A stretch of DNA of 64,000 nucleotides from Balanoglossus misakiensis. Taxonomy: Eukaryota; Animalia; Hemichordata. This document shows positions 1 to 14,230 of this stretch, piece by piece. The notes beneath the pieces are model-generated. The model saw only the letters and a program-made list of their open reading frames with translations, was not told the origin of the DNA and did no database searches. The stretch lies in contig CM082587.2 of assembly GCA_040954595.2 (NCBI GenBank), positions 9,987,403 through 10,051,402 on the forward strand. Reading direction: 5' to 3'. Both the position numbers and the translations under genes were made by a program. The stretch's first letter is position 1, and each line of letters starts with the position of its first letter.

Positions 1-470
1 ACAGACCAGAATTCCACAATAAGACGTGGACATAGCTTAACCATAGAGGTATAAGTAAAGGTATAAATTTAATAAAAAGACTAAAAAATTCATAAAAAAT
101 AAAACATTCATGATATTAACTTAACACTTACAGGCCGATGTGAGGTTGACATAAGGTACATGCATACCAATTTTTAAAGCAATCTGACCAGTAGTTGTTG
201 ACTTTCAGAGTTTTGATAAATTTCACATTTTACTGGCTAATTTGCATATTTTTGGGCCTGGCAACTTCGTTTGGACAAACTCCCATCTACAGCCCAGCCT
301 GCATCTGCACACCAAATATCAAGGTGATACGCGCAGCGGTTTTCAAGTTTTTGATGTGGACGGACATACAGACATACATACATACATACATCCATACATA
401 CATCCATACAGACGCAACCCATCCCATAAGGTCCCATGGTATATAGGCCTATACCAATGGGACCTAAAAA
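1..470 (+). mobile_element. 3' part of a Helentron/DINE-1-like non-autonomous element (left end outside the window)
   Basis: GACGGACA/(TACA)n microsatellite 358-412, followed by stem-loop GGTCCCATGGTAT...ATACCAATGGGACC (430-464) and an A-tract. Confidence 0.45.
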
Positions 471-474
471 TCAT

Positions 475-1474
475 TTGCATACATACATGGAGGTTTTCCA
501 AAGGTTAGCAGAATGACCATGGCATGTACCACTAAGATATGCATGGTGGCCACTTCACCACTCTGCCATTGGATGAACACTTGGTCTTGAGTGTCAGACT
601 GTGGGAGAAGATGGCCATTTCACTATCAGTTACACCAAAAATACAACTAATATATATGTCTGCGACTGGTCATTAGGTATGTTGAACTTTAACATTTCAC
701 CCGCATATTTTGGTCCAGTCCAATTATTTTCAATAGTATGGTTGGATCTATACAATGTATACATTGAATGGGGATGAACACTGGACAGTGGAGCATTCTA
801 TATTAAAATTTGGGAAAACATTGAAGCCATATTAAGGTCATACTTGATTAAGCTGAAAGTCGGCACAGAATAAATTTGAAATTCAATTGGCTACAAAAAT
901 TGACTTTTCTGCCATTCTGAGATCTCCATGCTGAGCTCAATTATGTTGCTGCTTCATATAGTGGTCAGCAATAAAAACTTACTACTGTTACAGTTGCATA
1001 CATACGTGGAGGTTTTCCAAAGGTTAGCAGAATGACCATAGCGTGTACCACTAAGATATGCATGGTGGCCACTTCACCACTCTGCCACTGGATGAAAACT
1101 TGGTCTTGAGTGTCAGACTGTGGGAGAAAATGGCCATTTCAATATCAGTCACACCAAAAATACAACAAATATTGAACTTTTCACCCTCATATTTTGGTCC
1201 AGTCCCAATATTTTTAATAGTGTGGTTGGGTCCAAACACAGTGAATTGGGATGTTAACACTGAAGTATTTGTGAAAAGTAGTATTGAAGCCATATAAAGA
1301 TCAAACATGATTACCTACATGTAAGCTGAAAGATTGGGCAGAATAAATTGGAAATTCAATTGGCTACAAAAATCGACTTTTCTGCCATTCTGAGAAATCC
1401 ATGCAGAGCTTGATCATCTTCTTGCTGCTTTATGTAAAGCATAGTGTCAGACACTAAAAACTTATTACTGTTAC
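475..1474. repeat. Diverged tandem duplication, period about 519 bp
   Basis: TTGCATACATAC..GGAGGTTTTCCAAAGGTTAGCAGAATGACC starts at both 475 and 994 and stays colinear. Confidence 0.9.
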
Positions 1475-1496
1475 GGTGTTACAGTAGTTATTAACT

Positions 1497-1786
1497 CACA
1501 GGGGCCTCTCCCTCCGCGATTTTGTTTGTTTGTTTGTTTGTTGTTGTTGTTGTTGATGATGATTTTTGGCATAATAAACAAATACATATTTCTTTATTAA
1601 TTAATATGGTTTGTTGACATGTCGAATATACCCTAACCTGTCGAATATACCCTAACCCTTACATGTCAACAAACCATATTTATTAGAAAAGAAATGTGTA
1701 TTTGTTTATTATGCCAAAAATCATCAACAACAACAACAACAACAAACAAACAAACAAACAAACTCGCGGAGGCAGAGGCCCCTGTG
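1497..1786. mobile_element. Fold-back MITE with 7-bp TSD (possibly P-element type)
   Basis: About 125-bp inverted arms CACAGGGGCCTCT...AGAGGCCCCTGTG; ATTAACT on both sides (1490-1496, 1787-1793). Confidence 0.8.
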
Positions 1787-2373
1787 ATTAACTCTTATCG
1801 AATGCGATTTTTTTCTGTTTTATCATGAAATCTGACTGTGGGTGGCAAGACACATTACAATAAATGTGCATTTTGTCTTAACTTGATTTTTGTACATGTA
1901 GTGACACAATGAAAGAACGACAGAGAGACTACTAACACTGACAGATTACATGTATTATTTTTTTTACCTTTTCATGTCACTTTATATAAAACACTGCATG
2001 GCAACAAATGTGAACCGTGAACAATTTGCAAGAAAATGACGTGCAAGTTGAATTCGATTTGAAGACCTGCTCTGGAAGTAATGAGTGTAACTATTGTGCG
2101 GGTCATGCGGGCTGCGGGCCAGTGCGGGTCAACACTTTCAATATGACAATCATGTCCTATTAAAGATTGTTGAAAAATATATCCTGTAACCAGCACACAC
2201 CATATCATACACAAATAAACACAAGTTTTTTTTTTAAATATGAATGTAAATTTTCATTCAATAACTCTTTGTGTCTTATATTTCCATTTTTCTGCTTGTC
2301 CACTTGCAAGGGATAAAGTTTTTGTTTCTAAGAAACAATCCAGCTCTGGCCAGGAAGTCAAATAGAGACTTAA

Positions 2374-3107
2374 GGTGGCATTGCATGAAAAGTTGTGATT
2401 TTTGCCAAATTTTATTTTTTTACATAAATCGGTAGGCCTTTTACTGACCCACACCTTGACTAATACGTCTTGGCGGAAATGGTCCATAATCACCCAAAAT
2501 AGCACTTTTCTGAATGAGTTCACAGCTTAACAAATAGGTGTCAACAATGCAAATGGCCGTTTTTCTCAGTTTGCATTTTCGCTGCTCTTGACAACTTCAG
2601 ACGACAATAGCTTCGCTCTGCGTTGGCCAAATTTGCTCAAATTTTAACTGGGGATTGTGTATGACCCATCCAACAAAACGATATTTTTGTTAGTTGATAA
2701 AGTGTCCCTGGCGGGAATAAACTCTGATTCAATACAAATCGCCGTGAATTTGATCAAATTTTACTAAAAATCTAACTTTCAAACGCTGTTACTCCTCAAT
2801 GGAAGCAGATAACGCAAAACAAAATTACTGTTTTTTTGCACGTGTACTCTAGTTTCGAATGACATATTAAGGTGCATGATGCATGGTCAACTTTTTTACC
2901 TATTTTAAATTTCATGACATAATATTCAAAAATGGGTTTTTTTCACCCAAAATCGCCACCATTTCCGGGGATCAATAATATTTGCAACTCAAACAAAAGT
3001 TCAAAATCTCAGCTTCCAGAATATATATGGTTTATGGGGATTTTAATGTTGTCTTTGATGAGAAATAGGCCTCTGAAAAAGTCTCGACAGTTTCATGCAA
3101 TGCCACC
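2374..3107. mobile_element. TTAA-flanked non-autonomous DNA transposon (Kolobok-like RR..YY termini)
   Basis: TTAA-GGTGGCATTGCATGAAA ... TTTCATGCAATGCCACC-TTAA; second truncated copy at 20681. Confidence 0.8.
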
Positions 3108-3687
3108 TTAACACGAGATCTTCTTTGAAAATATGATGTCTTCCATGGTTTATTATGTCGCATAAAGCCTATCAGTATGACATCACTGAAATAAAGTGGT
3201 AAGAACATCACTATTAGTACCAAAATTTTCTAAACAAGCAAAGATTGTCAATTTTCACAATCTGCTTATTGTTCAATTCAAGTTTTGCAAGTACTTGCTT
3301 GACAAGTTAATTTGATTTTATGTATTTTTTCACTTTAAAATGTACACTACACAAAAATAAAAATGTCCAAAGTGCAGGGATAACACAGAAAGGTTAAGAA
3401 CTTATTTCCACTATGGTCCCACAAATAATATCAGACTGCTTTTAAGGCCTCGAGGGATAACACATTGTGAAAATCAAATCCTCTTCATATGTCATCAAAA
3501 TGTGAAAAAATCAACTAGGCTTTGTACGCGTAAAACTAGACTAGCCCACTAGTCGCTTGGTGATTTTTAAATCTCAATACTTTTTGTGTTTTCATGTCTG
3601 CCTTGAGCGTGTTTTTGGTAGTGAGGCAAGTTTCGAATTTGGGACTGAGCTTGTGATTTCGGGTAGCGTCGCGTTCCCTACACATAA

Positions 3688-4220
3688 GGGACCGTTCAGT
3701 TTTTACGGCAGGGGGGGGGGGGGGCGGCAAGTTTGTGTCATCGGTTCTCAAAATCAGGCCGACCCCCCCTTCAGCCAGGACCAAAAAATGATGACCCCCC
3801 CCCCCTTTGACAGACCCAAAAATATGATGACCCCCCCCCCATGCCCAAAACATTCGCCGTCCTGATCCTATGTACACTGTATGCAATAAAGGGAATGAGG
3901 CTCCTCACACCTCAATTATATATTTCTTAAAGTCTTATTGAAGTATATAATAGTATATCGTTGCAATAAAGAAATCTATGAACAAATTAAAATGACAAGT
4001 CAATACAATAGTTGCTAGAATCTGTAAAACAAGAAAAGTGGCGGGGGTGGGTGTGGGCGGGGGTGCCCCCCTCCCACGTAAGAAAATTTTGTAAAATACG
4101 GTGCTCAAAGTTGCAATTTAATGAACTCAAAAGCAAATTAACTCAATATTAGGCAGGACAAATTTTAATTTTACCACTCTAGTCAAAGTAAGCATCGGGG
4201 TGGGGTGGCAAGAAGTCTGC
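3688..4220 (-). mobile_element. Truncated copy of the GGGACCGTTCAG MITE family
   Basis: Reverse-complement match to about 16930-17465. Confidence 0.85.
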
Positions 4221-4435
4221 ATCTGTGCAAATATGCCAGAGAACCACGGTTTACCTTCAGCCTAAAAAAAATTTAAATTTTTTTTTCGCTCGCCGCTCCT
4301 GGAACTAGGGCCAAAAAATCCAATGAACAAGATTTTTTTTCTCTGGCCTAACATCAATATAAGTGTTTGCTGCTCCATTTTATGTAGATGGGAATTTATA
4401 TGGGGTTTGTAAAGTTTCTTCACACATTCAGAGTA

Positions 4436-5376
4436 CCGTATATTCTCACAAATAAGCGCCACTTTTTAACCATTTCAAATTTTGGTGGCGCCTAAACAAA
4501 GGCAGAAATGAGTCTTTCAAGAACCGGTGGCGCTTATTCATGGGTCGCCCTGTATATATATACTGCACCCTGTTAATTCATATGCAAATGATTTGGGACG
4601 TTCCAATGAGTGTTCTCCTAAGGGGGTGTCCGCAGTGACTGAATGGCTGTTTCGAATTCATATGTAAAGTTTTAACATTTTCTATTCAAATACAGTCAGT
4701 TCAATGTATTGTCTAATAAATTTTCCAGAAATAAAAAAGTTGTCAACGAAGTGAATACTACGAGCAGCATTACAGTATGCTGGCTGAACCATCAACAAAA
4801 TCTACTGACATATAGTGGTTTAGTCCAAGTGCGTCTTTGTCATCACATGCTCTCACACATGTAAGGTCAGGCAAGGTTGCGTGAATACTCACGTTGCGTG
4901 AATATTCATGAGAAAATTAATACCGCAAACATTCACAACTTGAAACTAGTCCTATTATTTCAAAGCCCTGGCCATATGGTCAAACTTGGGTGGTAGTGCC
5001 GGTATTTAAACGTAAGCGGCTGCCGATCGATCAACAGGAAAAAGACAAGTGTCTAGACGCCCGGCACCTGTGTCTTTTGCAGTGAATAATAATTTACATA
5101 AATTAGGAGGTTGACATGTGCCCGATTTCATCTTGTAAATAAATAGCACATCAGCCCAAAGCATGCATTGTCTGCTCAGGTCAATTATTATTCACGCAGC
5201 AAGCCCCCGTTGATTTTGACAAGATCCCTAAACCCTGGTAGTACTTGCCATGATTCACGTACGTCCACACACCTCAAAAAAAAAATTTCCTGGCGCTTAA
5301 TTTTAAGTAAAAAGTAGCAAAGTCAGGTATCACTGGCGCCTAATCATGGGTGGCGCTTAATTGCGAGAATATACGG
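4436..5376. mobile_element. Tc1/mariner-type (Tc2/pogo-like) MITE
   Basis: TA-CCGTATATTCTC ... GAGAATATACGG-TA; internal GGTGGCGC(C/T)TA repeats. Confidence 0.7.
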
Positions 5377-6384
5377 TATTTATGGCAAAATGGCCAAAAA
5401 TTAAAGAAAAACGAAAATTCCTGCAATTGTTAAAAAAAGTGCAATATTACAATGAAAAAGGAAAATATAATGTCACAGCAGTGTACATATACTTCCATGA
5501 GCTCAAGTGGATGAGATCATGTTTTGTTTATGAAGTTTCACAACCGGAAATGAAACATTTTCATTGTTACTTGCTTTTTCCCACGGTGACGGCCATATTT
5601 GCTTGCGACAAAGCTTTATTATTTATCTGGTTAAAACTTGCATATGCACTCATATTTAGGGTTTATAATGCTTGTGTATAGTTCACTGCCTTCATCTGCA
5701 TGGACTAATGGTAGTGCAGTTTGAAACAAAAATTATGATAATTATCCCAAAAGTTGCAGCTTATGTGCCCTTAATCATTCCATCTATTTCAAGTTCATTA
5801 TTGGTCATTACTGTAGGTTCTGCTCATTACAAGTTTTAGAAACACCTGTGTTTTGTTGGCACATGATTCAACATTACACACAACATGCGTCCCTTTTGTG
5901 TAGTAGACAATATTATTGTTTTGGGATGATTTATAACTATATGCACAGATTCAGTGTGCAAGGTTGGCTGATCCAGAGTTTAAACTCAAAATGGTTCAAT
6001 TATACCAACAAAAAACCAGGATGTAAAGGTCACACAGGGGTCAAGATTCACCATACCTTTCCACCACGTTTTCAACACTCTGGCTTTTCGGCTGAAAGCG
6101 GCCAGTGCCTCATCCATTTGTTCGAATTGTTGGTGGTACTCGTTCTTGTTTTTTTCATGCTGCAGATTATCCCAGCTGAAAGACACCCAAGACATTACAA
6201 CATTAGAGATACTGTAAAACATGTTATTTTCGCGAGTTGAAATTTTTCGTGACATCGAAAGAGGCCACTGTTATGCGAGAGTTAATTTTCACGTTCTCAT
6301 GCACATTGTTCTTTCACAATTATATTTCGGGTATTTTTTGCTCTCCCGTATTTCGCTTAAATTTATTACACGCAAAAATAACCT

Positions 6385-6800
6385 GTTCTCACACTCCTGG
6401 CACGCTGGGAGTGTAAGAACAAAGTGTGAGAACAAATTGTTCTCACACTCTCACTGAATCGAAAGCTGTATATGACGCGAGCGCTGATTGGTTGACAAAG
6501 CGTTATTTTGCTACGCGTGCAAAAAGTTATCCAATGGCGCGATGTGTATTACAGGAACAGAGACTACAACGTGCCCCCAGACGACAGTTCCAGCGTCATT
6601 TATTCAATGTTTTTAACGAATTTGGCTAATTTGTGACCGTGTGAGAAAAATAATCTCACACACCAAGGACCTGGGATCATATTTCTCACACTCGTCGGGA
6701 TATTCTGTCCCACATGAGCCGCAGGCGAGTGTGGGACAGAAAATCCCCAACGAGTGTGAGAAATACGATCTCAGGTCCTTGGGAGTGTGAGATTCTATTG
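6385..6800 (+). mobile_element. Non-autonomous hairpin-bearing element (Crypton-like)
   Basis: Repeated CTCACAC/GTGTGAG motifs; long hairpin 6654-6794 with central CCGCAGG; related copy at 21497-22133. Confidence 0.55.
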
Positions 6801-7201
6801 TTCCACAGTAGTTGATAGTATGCACAAGACTCATGGGCTCAAACTGACTCATATTTCAGCAATTTACGGGTTATTTTCAGTGATTTCCAAAATTGTTAGA
6901 CACGTATGTGCACCCTCTTCAAGAAACTGCCACATTCTTGGTATATACACACAAAAATGAAAGCTAACTTACATTATTGAAAAAGACGCAATTTAAAAGA
7001 CACAACTCTTCAATGCTGTTCATTTATTTCTTTCACCACATTGGTGGTTTGATCCAAATATGTTGTTTTCAAAAGTCTGGCCAATATACATACAAACGGG
7101 TGTCCCCTGATGAGAAAATGCAATGGACCATATTGGCCCTTACATGCCAACAACAATTCAAATTCTGGGTCAGCACTACTGTAATATTTGCAGACACCTT
7201 T

Positions 7202-9409
7202 CAGTGTTTTCTCCAGGATGTTGAGAGAAGGGGGGAATGTCCCCCCTTAGTCTAAAATTAAGGGGGGATTTGGTCAAAATAGGGGGGAATCATGATTTGC
7301 ATAATTTATGTTATTTAGGTAAATATCAAGTAATGACCATTTTGAATAATAAATTAGTAGGTTTTGCAGAGGAACACTCCAGCATGCATAACTTTCAGGG
7401 CGTGTAATTTAAAAAATGCTGGAGAGCTGAAAATAACTTTCCTGAAATTATTTACACAAGTGGTAGGAGAGTGACTAAGAACTGCTCCCCTGGCAAGGAA
7501 AGTGAAATGAATAAAATAAATGCAACTGCAAAAACACTAGTGTCTTTCTTTAATACTATACCTGGGAAAAAATTATCTAGTTTGATTTTAAAAGTTTCAG
7601 TTTAGCTGCCAAAATATTAGATTGTGAAACCATTAATAGTGGAATAAATTGAAGTGGTATATTTTCCTTCAGATTTCTGCCTACACTTCCCCATCTGTGG
7701 CTAGGCACACTACTCAAAGTAAACAGTCTCTGTACATATTGAATGACTTTCCTTCCTAAGTAAGAAAACGAGGTCATGGAAAACTGATACATTCTTGATA
7801 ATCGCCAAGGTGGTGAGGGTCACGCGCAGAGCACCATGGGGGGTCCAATATGAGTAAGCGTTCATTTGACTTCAGGCTGGCCTCGAGTACACACGTCAGC
7901 AGTGACACCGGACATTTAGTTGTGCACAGATTGGTACCAAGTTCGTTCTCTGTGATATTTTCGGCTCGCTTGACGTTTTTAACCGTCTATTCGGATCGAT
8001 GTACTGGCCGCGGGGCTATGCGCATACATCGACGGGGCGTTGCTGCATGATGGCCACCGAGCGTGAAAAGCTTTACTGTAGGCCAACATACCGTTGCAGC
8101 TTTTCTATTTGTTCTATTACAACTCAGTTTTCTTCTCAAATATGTACAGTATTTTTTTAAACCCCACTCCAAACCGCAAATAAACGAAAACCAGAAGACT
8201 TTTTTTATTTTACGCACAATGAGTACAAGAAACCTACATGCATGTTTGTAAATATGTGGTTAGTTACGCAAGTCAAACGGCGCGCGTCCTTAACTACCAC
8301 ATAAAAAATCGTATATAAGTGCTTGAAAGAAAATTTTACTGCCGCTGGAATGGTACCGAAGTGAGCGTAATGTCGTTGGTCTTTTTCAGGAATGTGTTGA
8401 CTGTAATAGGGTTATTCTAAAATTTAGTATTACAGTAAGTTGCGATCACCACGGCCTTCACATACGGAGACGGAATGTGTTAGGCACCTATGAGATAGTA
8501 CAGTTTCTAAATACGGTGAAATCGATAAAATAAAAGGGGCGCTTTGGGGCTCCCATGCAATTTTACACACATTACATATTAGTCTTTCAAGATATACACA
8601 TAAGAAAGCTGTGCATGCGCTCGCTGTTTAGTCTGCCTGCTAACTTCAAACTACGTCGTCCGAGTACGATCGTTGGCAACAGTACGCCATGATGCCAGCT
8701 GACATACCGAGTGAAAAAACACTAAAAAATCGCGACTCCGAACAAAATCGATAGTACTTTCCTCACAGAACGATGCTAACATACATGAACTTATATAAAT
8801 TGGATTGGTTTTTCGTTCGAACGGAGTTTCCTTTACATTACCTACGAGAACATAAGTTGATTGCGCACAGAAAGCCACATGTGTGACACTGCTGGGTCGA
8901 CCATGTTTTGCTGACTAAGAGCGGGTTAAACCGGAAGTGACGTTGTGACCCTCACCACCTTATAATCGCCATGGCATGAACGCAGTTCTCTTAATTTGCA
9001 TAAAATTGTTTTGTTCTGCCAACCCAATTTCAAAGGTCACCATAACAACAAGCTCACTTTAATGTGTGCTCTAAATTTAGACGGTGTCCAGATAGAACTC
9101 TTTGGCTGTTCCAATAATTGCACACTATAGCTCTGGAGCTAAATTACAAGTAATTGAATGTGAAAGTCATCTACAACATAGTTTTGGGGGTGGGAAGTTA
9201 CAATGTATAGGCCAGCACACAGTAATATCGGCCGTTTTCCCAGTGTTTTGACTGACAGTGCATGCTATGGAGGCATGGATGCACATGTACTGGCCGGGTG
9301 GGCTGCTCAAGAAAGGGGCGATTGAATCGCCCCTTGTAACAAGTTCAAGGGGCGATTCAAGTGTAAAAGAGGGGGAATCACGCAATCGCGCGTCCTGGAG
9401 AAAACACTG
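7202..9409. mobile_element. hAT-like non-autonomous element carrying a nested insertion
   Basis: TIR CAGTGTTTTCTCCAGGA / TCCTGGAGAAAACACTG; ACCTTT repeated on both flanks. Confidence 0.7.
7807..8961. mobile_element. Non-autonomous DNA transposon with 9-bp TSD (Mutator-like)
   Basis: TIR AAGGTGGTGAGGGTCAC / GTGACCCTCACCACCTT; TSD ATAATCGCC (7798-7806, 8962-8970). Confidence 0.85.
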
Positions 9410-10323
9410 ACCTTTTCAATTTTGGTGGACCCAATTTTCATTTGTATGGACCCAATTTATACAAAATTTGGCTGAGGCGTTTTGCAGCCAGACCACGTTA
9501 TTTTTTTTTCATTTGGGTGCAATTTGACGACCTCATCCGTATTTTCCTGGGTGATGCAACTTTGTCCACAACTCAGAGCATTTTCACTGCTTTAATTCCT
9601 TTTTTTTTACAATTAGTGACTGTTGACAAAATTACTACCACATAATTAGACCGTTTGATTTTGGTTGGCACAAAAACTCTAAGACCATGTTCCTTTTGGG
9701 TGTACATTATTTTTGAACTGCTTGAGGCTGGGCTGACCAGTCATGCAGTACATGATGACTACAATACTGTCATGAGATACCACATGTACAATGTGCAAAT
9801 CTTATGAGTGTGCTCTGATTGAAATGAAAATTGTGTCCTGCAAAATATAATGGGCCATCGGAAGCAGAAAGAGGTCTGCGATACTTATGACCATAAGACC
9901 CTTCTCTGCTTGGGATGGCCCAAATGTGACTGCAATATTAGAGTACATACCACATAATCAGACCGCTGAATTTTTGTTGGCAGAAAGGTGCCACTGTAGT
10001 ATATCATGTACCGGTATATTCAACTTATATCCAATATATCCAAGTGTACACCACACCTACCTTGTCTCCTGCTGGAGTGTTTCAAACGTTTGCGCCAATT
10101 TCGTGAAATCCATCAACATGGCCTCATTCTGTTCAATCTAATTGGATTTTTAATCGTGCTTGTTGCTTAAGAAGAAGCATTTTACGGCTGCAGAAGATCT
10201 CTGTTACTTCTTCTATCGTGAACTTATCTTTGGCGTGTTGACTCTTGTGCAGAACAAAAAGGAAAAAAACAAAAATAGTGTAAAATATTGCCTGTAGAAG
10301 AGGTGTTTCCAGTAGTCTCGTTC

Positions 10324-10805
10324 CTGGCTGTGTCAGCTAAAAGGCAAGGGTCAGGTATGGGCTGCCGTCTTGCACAAATTTCTGATCAGCCATGCCCAAG
10401 ATGACTGCTTCCAACGTTTGCACACAGGTACTGTCAAAGTCAGGTGCACCACACAAGATCCATCCATCCATCCATCCATCCATCCATCCATACATCCATC
10501 CATCCTGGCCTGCTCCCCTACCCCATTCCCACTGCTGGCTGTGTCAGCTAAAAGGCAAGGGTCAGGTATGGGCTGCCGTCTTGCACAAATTTCTGTCCAG
10601 CCATGCCCAAGATGACTGCTTCCAACGTTTGCACACAGGTACTGTCAAAGTCAGGTGCACCACACAAGATCCATCCATCCATACATACATACATACATAC
10701 ATACTTACATACATACATACGTACATACATACACGCAGTACGCACGCACGCACACGCACATGCACGCACGCACGCACATACAAACATACATACATACATA
10801 CATAC
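10324..10805. repeat. 211-bp tandem duplication with (CCAT)n/(TACA)n microsatellites
   Basis: Near-identical units start at 10324 and 10535. Confidence 0.9.
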
Positions 10806-11320
10806 CAGGGCTTGCGTTTGATATTTAATTTTTTACATACAGTGCACGCAAAGAGCCAAAAAAATTTGTGTGAAATTGTATTTGAATTACGTGCAACAAA
10901 ATAGCGGTAGACAAAGCAGGCTTTCAGATAATGAGTTCTCCCTTCATGTCTAGACGGTCCAACACAAAAAAAATCTTTAAGGAAAATGACCGGGAAGCCC
11001 TACTTACTTTTTTATATCTAATGGTTTCTGCATGCATAAATTATAGGGCCGACACGTGCCAAGTTTGTGGTCTGGGTTACTGCACGTACATCACTGTGCG
11101 TCCTGCTACAGCATACAAGCGCGCGTACGCGTACATGTGTACAGGGCGCCCAACCGACCAACCTTGAAAAGGCACCCCGTATAGCCCATTAGCCTCGCCA
11201 GATGTTATCTTTCAATGGATTTTTTTTGCGTGCATGTCACGCAACTGTGACAAAATATTTGCGCGCACACATTGTAGTTTGGCGTGAAAACGCAAAAAAT
11301 AGATGTGAACGCGAGCCCTG
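10806..11320. mobile_element. hAT-like MITE inserted in a (TACA)n microsatellite
   Basis: TIR CAGGGCTTGCGTT / AACGCGAGCCCTG; CATAC flanks; microsatellite continues on both sides. Confidence 0.75.
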
Positions 11321-12852
11321 CATACATACATACATACATACATACATACATACACACACACACATACATACATACATACATACATACATACTCACTCCAT
11401 CAGTTCAACTCCTTCATTAATTCAACCACCCACTATTCTTTGGAAAATTAATTATTTTATAACCTTCAATTGTTTGACCACTGATTAAATGCATGATATT
11501 GATATTGTATATTTTTCAAGAAGATATCTGCAACTTCTACCTTCTAAGGTATAAAGAACTCACTGATTTTATTCTGTGTGACTTTTAACAGTTCAATTCT
11601 ATCATAAATATCACCAAAACTACATGCTTATAATGCATGCAATTCATGTCATGCAAACATGCCCCCTGAAAAATTATTCAGGCACTTTGAGCGGCCATTT
11701 TTGTTTTATGTTATTTTTATTCTATTAGTTTGCCTTTTCACTAATCATATATATTTTTTTTCTGGTCGAACTGATGGAGTGATTACGGTAAATTCATACA
11801 TACACACACATACATAGTACATGCACACACAAATACATACATATATACATACATAAATTAAACAGTTTAATGTGCTCATACTTACGAAAACACAACACAC
11901 CACTTCTAAAACAGCAACTATGATCAGAAGCCATTGCCAGTTAACCTCATAGAGCTGGAAAGAGAAAATATAACTGATAAGTGATAATGCACCTCTATAC
12001 CAAATACAGATCTTACACATATTGAAATTTTGCATAATATTGTAGCACTTTAAAGTGAAGGGGTCAGCGCGCTGCGTTTGTTTGTTGATAGACATTAGAA
12101 TTCACCTTCAAATCCCTGAAATTAAATAATTCCTTGAATGAACGAAGCAGCCAACCGTAGCATAGACTGGGCATGGCAGCAACTGAAGATCCTGGTTGTG
12201 GTGACTACAGTGAGGTTTGTGCTGGTATATGAAGGGATATATTCTCATCAAGGGGGACACCCACCCGATGACCGCTTCCCTTTAAACATTGTATGAAAGC
12301 ACACGTCAGAACCACCAAAGCTACTTACATTGGGCTTTTCTGGGGGTTCATCTGGAGGATCTCTTGCCTAGTTCAAATTATACAAAAAAAAATAGAATTA
12401 GCAAATCCTTGAAACTGAAATGTTGAAAACTGTCAATGTCATGCCATTTCGGTCAATGACACATTTACTGAGTATAGAATGATGGATCAAGGTACATTAT
12501 TAAACCCAAGATAAGCACATTTTTAAAGGACCACAAATAGTTGATCCAAGTTACAAATGGACTTCAAATTATTACTTTAAAATTTTGTTGATCAAAGTCA
12601 GAGTAAATGAAGTCCAATAACTCGTACCATAATACTTGTCTTATTAGTTTCAGGGCAATAATATATAATTAACTCGAAAATTAAAATTATGCAAATTTTC
12701 CGACAAAAATACCAATATTTCCTTTATGTTGCTTTTACTGTTGATGCTCGTGAGCCTATACAGGTTGTTCAAATTTAAAAACATTGTCATAGCCAACCAC
12801 TAGAGGGCGCTGTTATGTATTTGAATGCCCATGAATGTGCAACTCGATCGTA

Positions 12853-13272
12853 CAGTACACCCATGTCACAGATAGCCTTCTCAGGCACTCATAAAATTCA
12901 TACTAGTATTAGCTAAGCTACATCCCCATTTCTCAGAATGTAGCACAAATTCGTTTGTTTCCATCATTGCAGAATCAGATTGAACAATGCTTAAAAACTT
13001 GGACAGAAAACATCAGTAAGACAACAAATGATTTGTTACATTAAGTCTGTACAATTGTGCAGTACACCTATGTCACAGATAGCCTTCTCAGGCACTCATA
13101 AAATTCATACTAGTATTAGCTACATCCCCATTTCTCAGAATGTAGCACAAATTCGTTTGTTTCCATCATTGCAGAATCAGATTGAACAATGCTTAAAAAC
13201 ATCCCCATTTCTCAGAATGTAGCACAAATTCGTTTGTTTCCATCATTGCAGAATCAGATTGAACAATGCTTA
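12853..13272. repeat. Local tandem duplications
   Basis: Unit starting CAGTACAC at 12853 and 13060, plus a third partial copy at about 13200-13272. Confidence 0.85.
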
Positions 13273-14009
13273 ATCCTGCGCAATTCAAAATGTCTGACCA
13301 TAATTACACAAAGATAATGTAGGATGCATACACCGCAAGTGCAAATTTGCAAATTGTATTCAGCGAGGCTTACAAGATACGAATAATGCAGAAATGCACA
13401 GAAATGTTACAATTTTCACTCAGGCAACATGACATTCATAGATCAAACTTTGTAATAATGTACTGGTACGGTGGTGTTCTATTCAGGCTTTCAAATGCCT
13501 ACCCACTTGAGGCAAGATTGTTATATTTATGCAAAGTAAATTCTGAATGCATATTTAAGTATGCAAAGGAAAAATAATCGAACAGAACCTCTGTATCATG
13601 TGATTGAACTTGTAAAAATGCAGGATGACACTCGCTTATTCATATAGTAGCTTTAAAAGCACATAGTTCTTGCGCCATGTGTGAACAAAATGTGTTTGGC
13701 TATTTCTGGGTTACAGATATGAAAAGAGAATTCAGTTTCAGGTGATCTACAATAGTTGTGAATCACTTACCATGAATCGCAACAAGTCCAATCTTCCCTC
13801 TCTAGCACCTAACTGGCGCTGCCTACACCTAACTCTCTGTGAATGAAATGGGAAGAATTATTCATTATGGATTATAAAAGACGCTTTCAGGAATTGCAGC
13901 ATGGTGGCAATTATCAAAGTCCTAAATGCTTAAAGTTTATATTTTGAAACAATGACATGGAGGAACAGGGTGGTGCACAGTACAAAATCATTATGTTATA
14001 TATCCCTAA

Positions 14010-14230
14010 CAGTGCCAAGTCAGTATGAACTGGTTTGATTTCCAGGGTGCCTAGAATCCAAGCTCCCAGGTCTGTTAGACTGCCAGGTGTGTGTTAATCA
14101 GTACGGCCTATACAAGACCCTCAGACCAATACAGTGCAAAGCAGTACAATTGGGTACATTTTACAGGGGGCTCAGACTGCCAAGTGTGTCTAAGTAAGTA
14201 TGAGAGCCATGTCAAGACAGTCAAAATATG
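14010..14230 (+). repeat. Dispersed repeat; inverted copy at about 27060-27690
   Basis: Reverse-complement similarity; this copy lacks the 27238-27639 insertion. Confidence 0.8.

Noticed and set aside
1051-1308. ORFs in the tandem duplicate
   Set aside because: Frames are not preserved in the first copy; no domain recognised.
10370-11420. ORFs rich in HTYI/HPSI
   Set aside because: Translations of tetranucleotide microsatellites.
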